Shown in pieces: positions 38,083 through 47,902 of a DNA stretch of 64,000 nucleotides. The notes beneath the pieces are model-generated. The model was given only the letters and a program-made list of their open reading frames with translations. It made no database searches and had not been told where the DNA came from. This DNA is from Verrucomicrobiota bacterium (GTDB lineage Bacteria > Verrucomicrobiota > Verrucomicrobiia > Limisphaerales > Palsa-1400). Both the position numbers and the translations under genes were made by a program. How positions within the stretch are numbered: the stretch's first letter is position 1; the number at the start of each line of letters is the position of its first letter. The stretch lies in assembly GCA_049510745.1 (NCBI GenBank), contig JBEKYR010000001.1, positions 128,001 to 192,000 of the forward strand. The letters run 5' to 3'.

Positions 38083-40911
38083 TTACTTGCCCGAAATGCT
38101 CTTGGCCTGGCGGATCATCCATTCCAGCTTCGCCGGGCGGGCGTCGGCGCCGGAGACCTGCGGCACGCCGCTCAAATAAACCAGCAACCGGTCGGGCGTG
38201 ACCTCGCCGGCGTAGGGACTGGCCGCCAGCCATTCGGAAAACGCGGCGGCGGTGGCCGCCAGCCGCATGGCGGGACTGGCTTTTTCGAGCGAAACGGCGC
38301 TGCCGGTGTAGGGCACGGTCCACTCGTGCTCCTGGTAATCGGACGTGCCGGGAACGCGGAAGCGCACATGCACCGTGCAAAGCGGGCCGTCGCCCGACGG
38401 ATTGATTTCCACCGTGTAAAGCGCGTTGCCGGATTCCGCCGCGCCGATCTGCGCCGCGCTGACGCTGTTGTCGCGGAATTGTTCCTTGGTCAGTTGATCC
38501 TTGGCGTAGCCGATCTGCCGATACGAAGTGACGCGATTGGAGTTGAACTCGACCTGCACCTTCACGTCGGCGGCCGCGACGCGGAGCGCGCCGGCCAGAT
38601 TTCCGGCGAACTCCGTGGCGGCCTCCTCCGGCGTGTTGATGAATCCATAGCGGCCATTGCCGGCCCGCGAGAGCGTTTCGAGCAAAGTATCGTTGTAACC
38701 GTCCCAACCGACGCCAAAGCAATCGAAGGCGATGCCTTGTTTGTGGTTGGTTTCAACCCTCTGCTTGAGCGCGTCCGGCTCGACGTTGCCGAGATTGGCC
38801 GCGCCGTCGGTCAGGAGCACGACGCGGTTTTCGCCATTGGCCAGGTAATGGCGCAAGGCGGTGGCGTAAGCGAGCTTCATCGCCTCTTCGAGATTGGTGC
38901 CGCCTTCGGGCGTGAGACCGCGCAAATCCCGGGCCACCGCGCCCGCCTGGCTGCCGGGCACGCCGTCCACCCACAAACGGGCGGTGCGCGCAAACACCAC
39001 CACACTGATCGTGTCCTGCGGCTGCAATTGCGAAGCGAGCACGCCCAAGGCCTGGGCGATGATTTCGACGCGGTCGGCGCGTTCCATCGAGCCGGACTTG
39101 TCAAGAAGCAGAACCAGGTTGAGCGGGCGGCCGGCCTGGCGGCCTTGGGCGGCGGTCTTGATCGAGAACCGGAGCAGGTCGCGGTTGTGGGCGAACGGGT
39201 AGCCGGCGCGTTCCCAGGCAAAACCGATGGGCGCGCCGGGGGCCGGCTCCGGATCGCGATAATCGAATGCGTTGATGAATTCTTCGCTTCTCATGCTGGC
39301 GGCTTCCGGCATCGCGCCGTTTTGCAGGCTGGCCGCCGCCAGCTTGAAGGCGACATCGCTGACGTTGAGCGAGAAGGTGGTGAAAGCGTCGTCGCGCGTC
39401 TGGACTTCGGCTTGCGGAACCGGAGCGGGACGAGCGGGATGGGGCAGGGCCGCGTCGCTCTGATCGAGTTGTTTTCCGGCGGAAGGAATCGGCTGCAATG
39501 ATTCCCGGGCGGCTTCGATGCGGGCCATGTCGGCCTTAAAACTTTTGGGCGCCTCGGCAGGCGGAGAAGCCGGGGCCGTTAGATCGCCACTCACGACGGA
39601 CAACTGGCGGGAATCTTTATCGAAATACATTCCCGAAGTATCCGCCTTCGCGCGCTTATCTTTCTCCGCGCTGCCGAACTTCAGCGAATCAACTGTGGGA
39701 GCCGCCTCCTTGGCCAACAAACGGGAAAGTGTGACCATGTTTGACGCGGGGATAGGACTGATGGCAGCGGTGATTTCGCTCCCTCCAGTTCCAGTTTGCA
39801 CGCCGAACCCCCTCGTCTCCGTTGGTGGCCTGTAACGGAAAGCTGGAGCCGCGCCCATGGTGGGAGCCACGCCCATTCTGCCTTGGGCCATGGGCTGCGC
39901 GCTCTTTTCCTCCTCCGCCATCCGGCGTTGGATGAAATCCGTGGCGCGGGCGCGGGCGCCGCCAGCCTCCATCGTGGAGGCAACGGTCCCGGCGATTCCG
40001 CCCGGAGCGGGTGCTGCAACCGGAGCGGGCGTTACGGATGGCGGCGCTGGTTCGTTCCTGTTTACGTTCTGAATAGATTGAAAGGCGAAACGGCCACCGC
40101 CACCGCCACCGCCAACAGGGTTGTCGCCTAACTGGACGGAGCCGTTATTGACAAAACTGTTCGCTTGCGCGAACTGCTGGCCGTTGTTCTGAAGAACAGA
40201 ATTCTGTGCTGAATTCTGGTTTTGCAGAGCCTCCGTCTGCGCGGGGGCGATAAACTGACCGTTCGCATCCGCAAGCTGCTGTTCACCAGTCTGAGGAAGA
40301 AAAATCTGATTTGCCGAAGGGGCGGAAGCCGGCGGCGGTGGCGCTATGTTCACAGCGTAGGCGCCCGATGGTTGTGGTGGCGCGACCGATGCCGGGGCGG
40401 GCTGGTTCAGCCCAGCGTGGTCGTTGCCCACGGTTTCCATCAGGTGGAGCGACTTCGTTTTTGCCCTGGCGAGACTTTGGTGGAGGCTCAAATGCGAGCC
40501 CCACGTCGGCTCATGTACGCCTGCCAGTTCGGGCGTCAAGAGGGAATAAAGCATCAACGCCACGGCCGCAGCGGCGCCCAGCAGAACCACCCATGACGTC
40601 TTGCGGCGCGGCGGCGGGGCAAACTCTTTCGGCCTGATCGTCTTGAAATAGGCCAGCAACTTTTCGCGCCGCGCCGGGCTGAGCTTGAGGGGCGCGGGCT
40701 GGGCGGGCGTCTCGCCGACGGGCGTGGCGGCCGTTTCGCGCAGCAGGTCCAGGGTCAGGCTGAGCCGGTCCCGCAACCGGGCCAGTTCGGCGTCCTTTGC
40801 GATGATTTCCCGCACGCTGGCGGCTTCCTCGGCGGACAATTCGCCCAGCAACAGGGCCGTCACCTTGGCTTCGAGTTCTTCCCGGGGATTGGGCGGTAAA
40901 TCGGGGTTCAT
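38083..40911 (-). CDS. Anti-sigma-like N-terminus fused to YfbK-type von Willebrand factor A domain
   Basis: ALLLGELSAEE anti-sigma-like helix, TM, low-complexity linker, TFSLNVSD, EEFINAFDY, MIDAS DKSGSM, GGTNL, LLTDG, YRQIGY. Confidence 0.88.
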   Translation of the reverse strand: MNPDLPPNPREELEAKVTALLLGELSAEEAASVREIIAKDAELARLRDRLSLTLDLLRETAATPVGETPAQPAPLKLSPARREKLLAYFKTIRPKEFAPPPRRKTSWVVLLGAAAAVALMLYSLLTPELAGVHEPTWGSHLSLHQSLARAKTKSLHLMETVGNDHAGLNQPAPASVAPPQPSGAYAVNIAPPPPASAPSANQIFLPQTGEQQLADANGQFIAPAQTEALQNQNSAQNSVLQNNGQQFAQANSFVNNGSVQLGDNPVGGGGGGGRFAFQSIQNVNRNEPAPPSVTPAPVAAPAPGGIAGTVASTMEAGGARARATDFIQRRMAEEEKSAQPMAQGRMGVAPTMGAAPAFRYRPPTETRGFGVQTGTGGSEITAAISPIPASNMVTLSRLLAKEAAPTVDSLKFGSAEKDKRAKADTSGMYFDKDSRQLSVVSGDLTAPASPPAEAPKSFKADMARIEAARESLQPIPSAGKQLDQSDAALPHPARPAPVPQAEVQTRDDAFTTFSLNVSDVAFKLAAASLQNGAMPEAASMRSEEFINAFDYRDPEPAPGAPIGFAWERAGYPFAHNRDLLRFSIKTAAQGRQAGRPLNLVLLLDKSGSMERADRVEIIAQALGVLASQLQPQDTISVVVFARTARLWVDGVPGSQAGAVARDLRGLTPEGGTNLEEAMKLAYATALRHYLANGENRVVLLTDGAANLGNVEPDALKQRVETNHKQGIAFDCFGVGWDGYNDTLLETLSRAGNGRYGFINTPEEAATEFAGNLAGALRVAAADVKVQVEFNSNRVTSYRQIGYAKDQLTKEQFRDNSVSAAQIGAAESGNALYTVEINPSGDGPLCTVHVRFRVPGTSDYQEHEWTVPYTGSAVSLEKASPAMRLAATAAAFSEWLAASPYAGEVTPDRLLVYLSGVPQVSGADARPAKLEWMIRQAKSISGK

Positions 40912-41495
40912 GGGACAACTCCGTTTCTGGCCAGTTCCTCGGCCATGGTTTTGAGCGCGTGATGCAGCAGATAGCCGACGTGGCCGGTCTTCAGGCCGGT
41001 GCGCTCGCCGATTTGCTTGTAGGAAAGGTTCTCGTTGAACTTGAGGCGGATCAGTTCGCGGCTGCGCGCGTCCAGCGTTTCCAGGCTCAACCGCACCAGG
41101 CCGATGCCCTCGGAGCGGACAATTTGCTCATCGGGCAAGGGCTGGGGATCGGGGGGATCGCCGGCCGGCAGCGAGGTGTCGCGGGCGTTGACTTCGAGCG
41201 CGACAATTTTTCCGGCCTGACGCCGGTGGTTCAAGGCGAGGTTATGCACGGTTCGGTAGAGCCAGCGCCTGGGTTCGCGCACCTCTTTGAACTGGGCCTG
41301 CAATTTCATAAACGCTTCCTGAACCGAGTCCTCCGCCGCGCCCAATTCGCCGGCCAGGCGCAAGGCGTAATTCAAAAGGGGCGACTCCAGAGCCGCGAAC
41401 AGCTCTTCCATCGTTTCGCCTCCGGGCACTGCTCTGGCCTGGTCTGGTTGCATTGCAGCCGCGCTGGGCGGAATCCGCTGATCCGGCGGGATCAT
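40908..41495 (-). CDS. ECF RNA polymerase sigma factor
   Basis: AEDSVQEAF, WLYRTVHN, LSYKQIG region 4; start uncertain. Confidence 0.93.
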   Translation of the reverse strand: MIPPDQRIPPSAAAMQPDQARAVPGGETMEELFAALESPLLNYALRLAGELGAAEDSVQEAFMKLQAQFKEVREPRRWLYRTVHNLALNHRRQAGKIVALEVNARDTSLPAGDPPDPQPLPDEQIVRSEGIGLVRLSLETLDARSRELIRLKFNENLSYKQIGERTGLKTGHVGYLLHHALKTMAEELARNGVVP

Positions 41496-41746
41496 GCGGC
41501 AAGCCCGGCGTCCTTTTGGTCGTGAGCGGACACCATGTTCACCCTGTTTGACACCGGAGGGCGGACTTTCTTAGAGAAAAAAATGGGAATTCCTGCTCCG
41601 CGTCTTCCGCCCTCCCCATCCGCCGACTTGTCCGGGATGGTTTTAACGAAGGCGGATGCTTTATTTTTCTCCCGCTCCCCCGTTCAGCCCGCGGTTGCAG
41701 CCGGGAGCCGGGCCGTCGCGGAATCTGTCCGGCCGGGAAATCCGCC

Positions 41747-42241
41747 TCAGGGCGCGCGCCGCCGGATTTTGTCTTCGAGGAATAGGCGGTCTTCCGCGTC
41801 CCTTGGCCGAACGGTGCGTTTGGTGCGCAACAAGAGCTCGGGAGAAGCGAAGGGAATGGAGACTCCGTCAATTATAAATGTCTGAATGTCAGGGGCCGCC
41901 TCGGCATAGGTGATTCCGCAGGCGGACAGCATCAAATCCACCACGACTTCGTCACAAACGCGGACGACAAGATAATTGCGGAGGTCGTCCTCTCCCAATT
42001 CGCGCACGGCTTTGTCGGGCAGAACCTCCAACGCTTTCTTGACTCTGGCCTGGTTTTCCGGGGAGCCGTCCACGAGGAGGTCGATGTCCATTGTGGCGCG
42101 GCCCATGCCGTGCTGGTTGACGGCGAAGCCGCCCACGACAAGATAACGGGCGTCCGCCTGGTTCAAACTCCGGCACAGCAGCAGCAAATCCGTCAGAGTG
42201 GGCGGCCGGCTTTCGGCCGGTTGAGCATTTTCAGGGTCCAT
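41747..42241 (-). CDS. Nucleotidyltransferase-family protein
   Basis: YLVVGGFAV...RATMDIDLLV...K...RPRDAED. Confidence 0.85.
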   Translation of the reverse strand: MDPENAQPAESRPPTLTDLLLLCRSLNQADARYLVVGGFAVNQHGMGRATMDIDLLVDGSPENQARVKKALEVLPDKAVRELGEDDLRNYLVVRVCDEVVVDLMLSACGITYAEAAPDIQTFIIDGVSIPFASPELLLRTKRTVRPRDAEDRLFLEDKIRRRAP

Positions 42242-42405
42242 TTGGCTGCCTCTTCGTGAGACTTGAAGCGATAAACACCGCGCGGCATAAACGGTTGGTT
42301 TCCCCGCAAACGGATCATCATTTCAAAAAAACCTTGCATCGCCTCCAAACCACCGGAATAAGGCTTTCGCTTTCCCAAAATCTTCATGCGCGGCTTCTCT
42401 TCCAT
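42193..42405 (-). CDS. Small hypothetical partner of the nucleotidyltransferase
   Basis: 70 aa, PRGVYRFKSHEEA motif, overlaps the NTase start. Confidence 0.7.
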   Translation of the reverse strand: MEEKPRMKILGKRKPYSGGLEAMQGFFEMMIRLRGNQPFMPRGVYRFKSHEEAAKWTLKMLNRPKAGRPL

Positions 42406-42465
42406 GAACACACCATAACAGCACGGCCCGGTTTCCGCGAGTCCAATTCCGCCCGGTCGCAATGG

Positions 42466-44472
42466 TCAGAATTGCTCCGACACTTCCATCCCGACCAGGC
42501 AGACATCGTCGGAAAACTCGTGGCTGGCGGAGAAGAGCTGGATTTCTCCCAGCATGGCGGCGAACATTTCCGCGCCGTGCAGCGCGGCGTGCTTGCGCAC
42601 CGCTTCCAACAAAAGGTCCTGGCTGAATTGCGCCCCGTCCTTCCCCTCCACCTCGTAAAGGCCGTCGGTGAACAACATCACCAGGTCGCCCGCCGCCAAT
42701 TCGCAGGAGGCCGTCGGATAGATCGATTCGGCGAACAATCCCAGGGCGGGGCGGGCCTTGCCGTCGGCGTTTCTGAGCACTTCCACCGTGCCCTTGAGCC
42801 GATGGATCAAAAAAGGCTTGGGATGCCCGGCGTTGGAAAAGAGAATCTGCCGCCGCTCCAGGTCTGCCACCAGGTAAAGGGCGGTGGTGAACAACGGGGT
42901 GCCGGTCTGCTGCAGGATGGCGCGCAGATCGGAATTGATGCGTGTCAATAATTGCCCCGGGTCCAGGGCGATGGGGCGCAACTCCTCCACCAGGCCCCGC
43001 ACCATGGCCGTGACCAGCGCCGAGCGCACCCCGTGCCCCATGACGTCGCAGATAAAGAGGCCGGCCTTGGTGTCGGACAAGGCCAGCACATTGAAGAAAT
43101 CGCCCCCCACCTGGCCGGTGGGATGATAGCGGTGCGAGAAGCGCAGCAGGCTCGACTCCTCGGCCACCCCCGGGGGGAAGGTGGGATATTGCTGCGGCAG
43201 GATGGCTTGCTGGATGTCGCGCGCCATTTTGAGATCGTCCTCGAGAATCTCGTTTTTCTTGCGCAACTCGGCCTGGCTGCGGGCCAGTTCGGCGTTGACC
43301 TTGCGCTCGCGCTCCTCCGCCTGTCGGCGCACGGTGATGTCCCGCACCACGCTGAGGAGCAACGTGCGCCCCTCCTCCGCCTCGATAAACGAATTGGACA
43401 GCTCGACATCGACCGTCTTGCCGGAGCGGAAAGAGAGGTGGCGCTCAAGCTGGCTGTCAATTTTCCTTTCCGCAAACCGCTGCTGGTACTTCTGCATCAT
43501 TTCGGCCAAATCCTCCCTCTCGGAATAGATGGCGGTGTAGGGGCGTCCCACCAACTCCTCCGCCGGCAGGCCCACGATCTGGCAGAAGGCCGGGTTGACG
43601 GCGATCATGGTCCCCTGTTCGTCGGTCAGGCGCATGCCGTCGAAGGACTTTTGCCAGATCGAACGGAAGCGCACTTCCGAGAAGCGCAGTTTCTCCTCCG
43701 CCTCCTTGCGGGCGGTGATGTCCTCGACCATGCCCTCGAAGTACTGGATGCGCCCCTGGCTGTCGCGCACCGCGCGGGCATTTTCCGAAATCCAGATGAT
43801 GGACCCGTCCTTGCGGAAGACTTGCGACTCAAAATCCTGCACCACCCCGCGCTCCTGCATCAATTTGACGAATTCCCCCCGGCGGTTCGGGTCCACGTAG
43901 ATCAATTTGGCAATGTCGCTGATCCTGGACATCATCTCCTCCGGGCTGCTGTAGCCGTAAATCCGGCTCAGGGCCGGATTGACATCCAGGTAGGTCCCCG
44001 CCGGCGAGGTCTGGAAGATGCCGGAGACGGAATTCTCAAAAATGCTCCGGTACTTCTCCTGCGCCGTCACCACCTCGCCCTTGAATTCCGTCCGCTCCAG
44101 CGCGTAAATGATTGCGCGCGTGATCAGTTGGCTGTCCACCCGGCCCTTGACCAGGTAATCCTCGGCCCCGGCGTGAACGGCACTGACGGCGACGGTTTCG
44201 TCGTCCACGCCGCTGAGCACAATGATCGGGCGGCCGTTGGCGCGCGCTTTGACGGCGTGAAACGTGTCCAACCCCGTGCTGTCCGGCAGGGTCAAGTCGA
44301 GCAAGATCACGTCGATGTTTCCCGCCTCCAGTCGGGTCAGGCCGGCCGCCAGGCTGTCAGCCGACTCGAGTTGGAAATGCGTGCTCGTGACCTTCTGCAG
44401 CGCCATCCGCAAAAACAGCACGTCGTCGGGGTTGTCCTCGATGAGCAGAATTTTAATGGTCTTGATTTCCAT
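42466..44472 (-). CDS. REC-PAS-PAS-SpoIIE (PP2C) signalling phosphatase
   Basis: LLIEDN...LLDL...YLVK receiver; two PAS domains; GGDFF, CDVMGHG, NAGHP, FTDG, SDDVC. Confidence 0.93.
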   Translation of the reverse strand: MEIKTIKILLIEDNPDDVLFLRMALQKVTSTHFQLESADSLAAGLTRLEAGNIDVILLDLTLPDSTGLDTFHAVKARANGRPIIVLSGVDDETVAVSAVHAGAEDYLVKGRVDSQLITRAIIYALERTEFKGEVVTAQEKYRSIFENSVSGIFQTSPAGTYLDVNPALSRIYGYSSPEEMMSRISDIAKLIYVDPNRRGEFVKLMQERGVVQDFESQVFRKDGSIIWISENARAVRDSQGRIQYFEGMVEDITARKEAEEKLRFSEVRFRSIWQKSFDGMRLTDEQGTMIAVNPAFCQIVGLPAEELVGRPYTAIYSEREDLAEMMQKYQQRFAERKIDSQLERHLSFRSGKTVDVELSNSFIEAEEGRTLLLSVVRDITVRRQAEERERKVNAELARSQAELRKKNEILEDDLKMARDIQQAILPQQYPTFPPGVAEESSLLRFSHRYHPTGQVGGDFFNVLALSDTKAGLFICDVMGHGVRSALVTAMVRGLVEELRPIALDPGQLLTRINSDLRAILQQTGTPLFTTALYLVADLERRQILFSNAGHPKPFLIHRLKGTVEVLRNADGKARPALGLFAESIYPTASCELAAGDLVMLFTDGLYEVEGKDGAQFSQDLLLEAVRKHAALHGAEMFAAMLGEIQLFSASHEFSDDVCLVGMEVSEQF

Positions 44473-44520
44473 GTGGTCGCAGTGCCCAGGCACTTGGCGC
44501 GGCGGCCTGGCAGGGCAAAG

Positions 44521-44871
44521 CTACCGCCACCCGCCCTGCACGAAGACATGGCGCCCGTTGCGATAGACGTACTGGTGGGCCACCCAACGCGCTCCCGGAT
44601 GCGGCGGCCGCGCCCAGCGTCCCGTTTCCCATCGCCAATGGCTTCCGCCCCAGACCCAACACCCGTTAATCCAAACAAAGGCCGGCCCGGGCATCGCGGG
44701 GACCACCTCGACAATCGGCGCCGGCGGCGGACCGCCGACGTACACCTCGCTCGGCGCCGCCGCCACGACAGTTGCCGTGGGCGGCCCGGCCACCTCCACC
44801 GTGCATCCGGCCCCCAAGAGCGCGCCCGTGGAAAGCAGCAAACCCAATTTTATCATCCTGGATTTCATCAT
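44521..44871 (-). CDS. YXWGXW-repeat lipoprotein
   Basis: Lipobox GAGC, FVWINGCWVW, WETGRW, WVAHQY, FVQGGW. Confidence 0.85.
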   Translation of the reverse strand: MMKSRMIKLGLLLSTGALLGAGCTVEVAGPPTATVVAAAPSEVYVGGPPPAPIVEVVPAMPGPAFVWINGCWVWGGSHWRWETGRWARPPHPGARWVAHQYVYRNGRHVFVQGGWR

Positions 44872-44982
44872 AATTAAGTTTGTTCCGAAAAAGCATCCGT
44901 CCCCCGCCGGCAATTGTCAAGGAATCGGACTGGCTGAGGCGCTTTGCTGCTGACGAAACGGGCCGATGGTCTTAGCATCCAG

Positions 44983-46113
44983 ATGGAACCTTTGAACGCA
45001 GCACAGTCATCTATCCCGAATTTGAAAAAATTCGCTCTCGATCTTCGGGCGCTCCTGCGCCAAAGCATCGGGGCGAACCTCCTGGCCGACGACGGGCAAT
45101 TCAATCGGCTGGCGCTGGCGCTTTTCGCCTGGCAACGCGAGGCGGTGCCCATTTACGGACAATTCTGCGAGCAGCGAAAGGTGCGCCCGGATGCGATCGG
45201 TCATTGGAGCCAGATTCCCGCGTTGCCCACCGGCGCGTTCAGGGAATTCGAGGTTTCGAGCCTCCCGCCGGGCGAACGCACGCGCGTGTTTGAATCCAGC
45301 GGCACGACCAGCCAGGCGCCGAGCCGCCATTTTCACCACGCCCAATCGCTGGCGGTTTATGAGGCGTCTCTCCTGCCGTGGTTTGAACGCCATTTTTTTG
45401 GCGCCCAATCCCCACCCATGAAACTGGTCTTCCTGACGCCGGAAGAGGCGCCGCATTCTTCATTGGTTCACATGTTCAAAACGGTGCGGCGCCATTGCGG
45501 CACGCCGGATTCAGTGTTTACAGGCTGGCTCCAGCCTGACGGCTCGTGGGGTCTCAACATCGAACAAACCCTGGCGATCGTGCGCGAAGCCATTGGGGCA
45601 AATCAACCCATCGGCCTGCTGGGAACGGCCTTTTCGTTCGTCCATTTGCTGGATGCTTTGCAGGCGGGGGAGAAAAGCTTCGCGCTGCCAAAAGGGTCGC
45701 GTGTCATGGAAACGGGCGGTTACAAAGGACGCTCGCGCGAGGTGCCCAAAGCCCGGTTGCGCGCCATGATCACACGCCTGTTGGGCGTCCCCGACCCGAA
45801 CATCGTCGCCGAATACGGCATGAGCGAGTTGAGTTCGCAGGCCTACGACCGGGTGGCGGCGGACGAGTTGCAGCCGTCGGGCTTTTTTGCGTTTCCGCCC
45901 TGGGCTCGCGCGCGGATCATATCCGTGGAGACGGGCGCGGAAGTCGAGAGCGGCAGAAGAGGATTGCTTCGCGTTTTCGATCTGGCGAATATCTGGTCCG
46001 TCATGGCTGTGCAAACGGAAGATTTGGCCGTGGGTTATCCTCACGGATTCGACCTGCTCGGCCGGGCCGAGCGCGCCGCGCCGCGCGGTTGCTCGCTCCT
46101 GCCCGGCCCCTAG
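44983..46113 (+). CDS. LuxE/PaaK-family acyl-protein synthetase-like protein
   Basis: IPALPTGAFR, FESSGTT, METGGYKGR, EYGMSELSSQ, QTEDL, RGCS. Confidence 0.85.
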   Translation: MEPLNAAQSSIPNLKKFALDLRALLRQSIGANLLADDGQFNRLALALFAWQREAVPIYGQFCEQRKVRPDAIGHWSQIPALPTGAFREFEVSSLPPGERTRVFESSGTTSQAPSRHFHHAQSLAVYEASLLPWFERHFFGAQSPPMKLVFLTPEEAPHSSLVHMFKTVRRHCGTPDSVFTGWLQPDGSWGLNIEQTLAIVREAIGANQPIGLLGTAFSFVHLLDALQAGEKSFALPKGSRVMETGGYKGRSREVPKARLRAMITRLLGVPDPNIVAEYGMSELSSQAYDRVAADELQPSGFFAFPPWARARIISVETGAEVESGRRGLLRVFDLANIWSVMAVQTEDLAVGYPHGFDLLGRAERAAPRGCSLLPGP

Positions 46114-46116
46114 CTC

Positions 46117-47514
46117 ATGAGCGATGCCACACCCATCACGGAGGCCGCCGCCCTTTCGCCTCTGCCCAACTACTTCCTGGCGGATTTGCCGCCCGAAGCC
46201 GAGTTGACCGGCGGGCTGATCACCGAGGCCTGCCAGACCCTCAAACGCAATCGCCGGCGTTTCCTGGAAGGACGTTCCACCGACAGCCTCGTCCGCCTCC
46301 TGGACGGCTTGGCGCGCGGCTGGCTGTCGGAAGATTCCTGCTTCCGCAGAATGGCTCTGGCAGCCGGCCCGGCGGCGACCGGCTTTTCCGCGCCGGTGCT
46401 CGCCAGCGGTCTGGATGCGTTTTTCAAAGAGTTGACAGCGGCGAACCTCGAATCCCTGCTCCGCCAGGAATTGGGGCACCCGCGGCGCCTGGACAATTTT
46501 TACTCCGGCGAAGACGAGCACGCCCCCCGGCGGGCGGCGCTGGCGCGGGGGCCGGAGCTGCTGGCGCAGGTTGCCCCGGGCAACGTGCCCAATCCGGTGT
46601 GGATGGAAATGATTCTGGGCCTGCTCACCCGCTCGGCGCAATTCGTCAAATGCGCCTCCGGCGCCGCCTTCCTGCCGCGTCTGTTCGCCCATTCCCTTTA
46701 TGACGCCGACCCGAAGTTGGGGGCCTGCCTGGAAATCGTCCAATGGAAAGGCGGCGACGACGCGCTTGAATCCGCCCTGTTCGCCGAAGCCGACTGTGTG
46801 GTCGCGACCGGCAGCGACGAAATGCTGGCGGCGCTGCGCCAAAAGATACCCGCCGGGGCGCGTTTTCTCTGCTACGGCACGCGGGTGAGTTTCGGCTATG
46901 TCACGCGGGAAGCGCTGGAGCGGCAGTCGCGGAACGTGGCGCAAGAGGCCGCCGCCGACGTGACCGCGTGGAACCAACTGGGCTGCCTTTCGCCGCATGT
47001 CATCTATGTTGAAGACGACGGCGGCGCGCAGGGGGAATGGTTCGCCACGCTGCTGGCGGAGGCATTGGAGGCGCGGGAAAAGACGCATCCGCGCGGAGTC
47101 GTGGGGGTGGAGGAAGCGGCCGGCATCGCCCGGCGGCGCTCCTTTTACGAAGTGCGGGCGGCCCACTCGCCGGAGACCAAGATGTGGGCCAGCCCCGCCT
47201 CGACGGCCTGGACGGTCGTTTTGGAGAACGACCCGCGTTTCCAGGCCTCGTGCCTGAATCGGTTCATTTACGTGAAACCCGTGGCGAATGTCACCGAGGC
47301 GCTGCAAGGCGCCGAGATGGCGCGCGAGAAAATTTCCACCGTGGGCCTGGCCTGCGAGGAGGCGCAAGCGCCCGATCTGGCCCGGCAGTTCGCACGCTGG
47401 GGCGCAAAAAGAGTCTGCCCGCTGGGCCGGATGCAGAACCCGCCCCTGGGCTGGCGCCACGACGGACGCCCGCCGCTGGGCGATTTAGTGACCTGGTGCG
47501 ATTGGGAAAAATAG
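46117..47514 (+). CDS. LuxC-family acyl-CoA reductase
   Basis: APGNVP, VATGSD, catalytic [14 protein letters not shown]...HDG. Confidence 0.88.
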   Translation: MSDATPITEAAALSPLPNYFLADLPPEAELTGGLITEACQTLKRNRRRFLEGRSTDSLVRLLDGLARGWLSEDSCFRRMALAAGPAATGFSAPVLASGLDAFFKELTAANLESLLRQELGHPRRLDNFYSGEDEHAPRRAALARGPELLAQVAPGNVPNPVWMEMILGLLTRSAQFVKCASGAAFLPRLFAHSLYDADPKLGACLEIVQWKGGDDALESALFAEADCVVATGSDEMLAALRQKIPAGARFLCYGTRVSFGYVTREALERQSRNVAQEAAADVTAWNQLGCLSPHVIYVEDDGGAQGEWFATLLAEALEAREKTHPRGVVGVEEAAGIARRRSFYEVRAAHSPETKMWASPASTAWTVVLENDPRFQASCLNRFIYVKPVANVTEALQGAEMAREKISTVGLACEEAQAPDLARQFARWGAKRVCPLGRMQNPPLGWRHDGRPPLGDLVTWCDWEK

Positions 47515-47525
47515 ACGGCCGCAAC

Positions 47526-47900
47526 ATGGAACTGCGAAAGACATTTCAATTTGAAGCCGCCCACCTGCTGCCGCACCTGCCCAAGTCGCACAAGTGCCGC
47601 CGCCTGCACGGCCACAGTTTCAAGGTCGAGATCGCCGTCCAGGGCGAGTGCGACCCCAGGCTGGGCTGGGTCATGGATTACGCCGACATGGCCGAAGCCT
47701 TCAAACCGATCTGGGCCAAGCTCGATCATTTTTATCTGAACGAAATTCCCGGCCTGGAAAATCCGACGAGCGAGAACATCGCCGTCTGGATTTGGGAGCG
47801 GCTGAAACCCAGGCTGCCGCTGTTGACGGAAGTCATCGTGGCGGAAACCTGCACAGCGCGTTGCCTCTACCGGGGGCCGTCCGGCCGCGGGAAATCATAG
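47526..47900 (+). CDS. queD: 6-carboxy-5,6,7,8-tetrahydropterin synthase
   Basis: FEAAHLLP...KCRRLHGHS...LDHFYLN...NPTSEN...ET. Confidence 0.96.
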   Translation: MELRKTFQFEAAHLLPHLPKSHKCRRLHGHSFKVEIAVQGECDPRLGWVMDYADMAEAFKPIWAKLDHFYLNEIPGLENPTSENIAVWIWERLKPRLPLLTEVIVAETCTARCLYRGPSGRGKS

Positions 47901-47902
47901 TT

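Noticed and set aside
38069..38722. 2335-aa version of the giant protein
   Set aside because: The extension overlaps the vWA gene; the signal peptide begins at ATG 38068
44983..47514. Bioluminescence operon
   Set aside because: No luxA, luxB, luxD or luxG in the window
47037..47902. Extended starts for queD and the repeat protein
   Set aside because: They overlap upstream genes; family-typical starts are at 47526 and 47903
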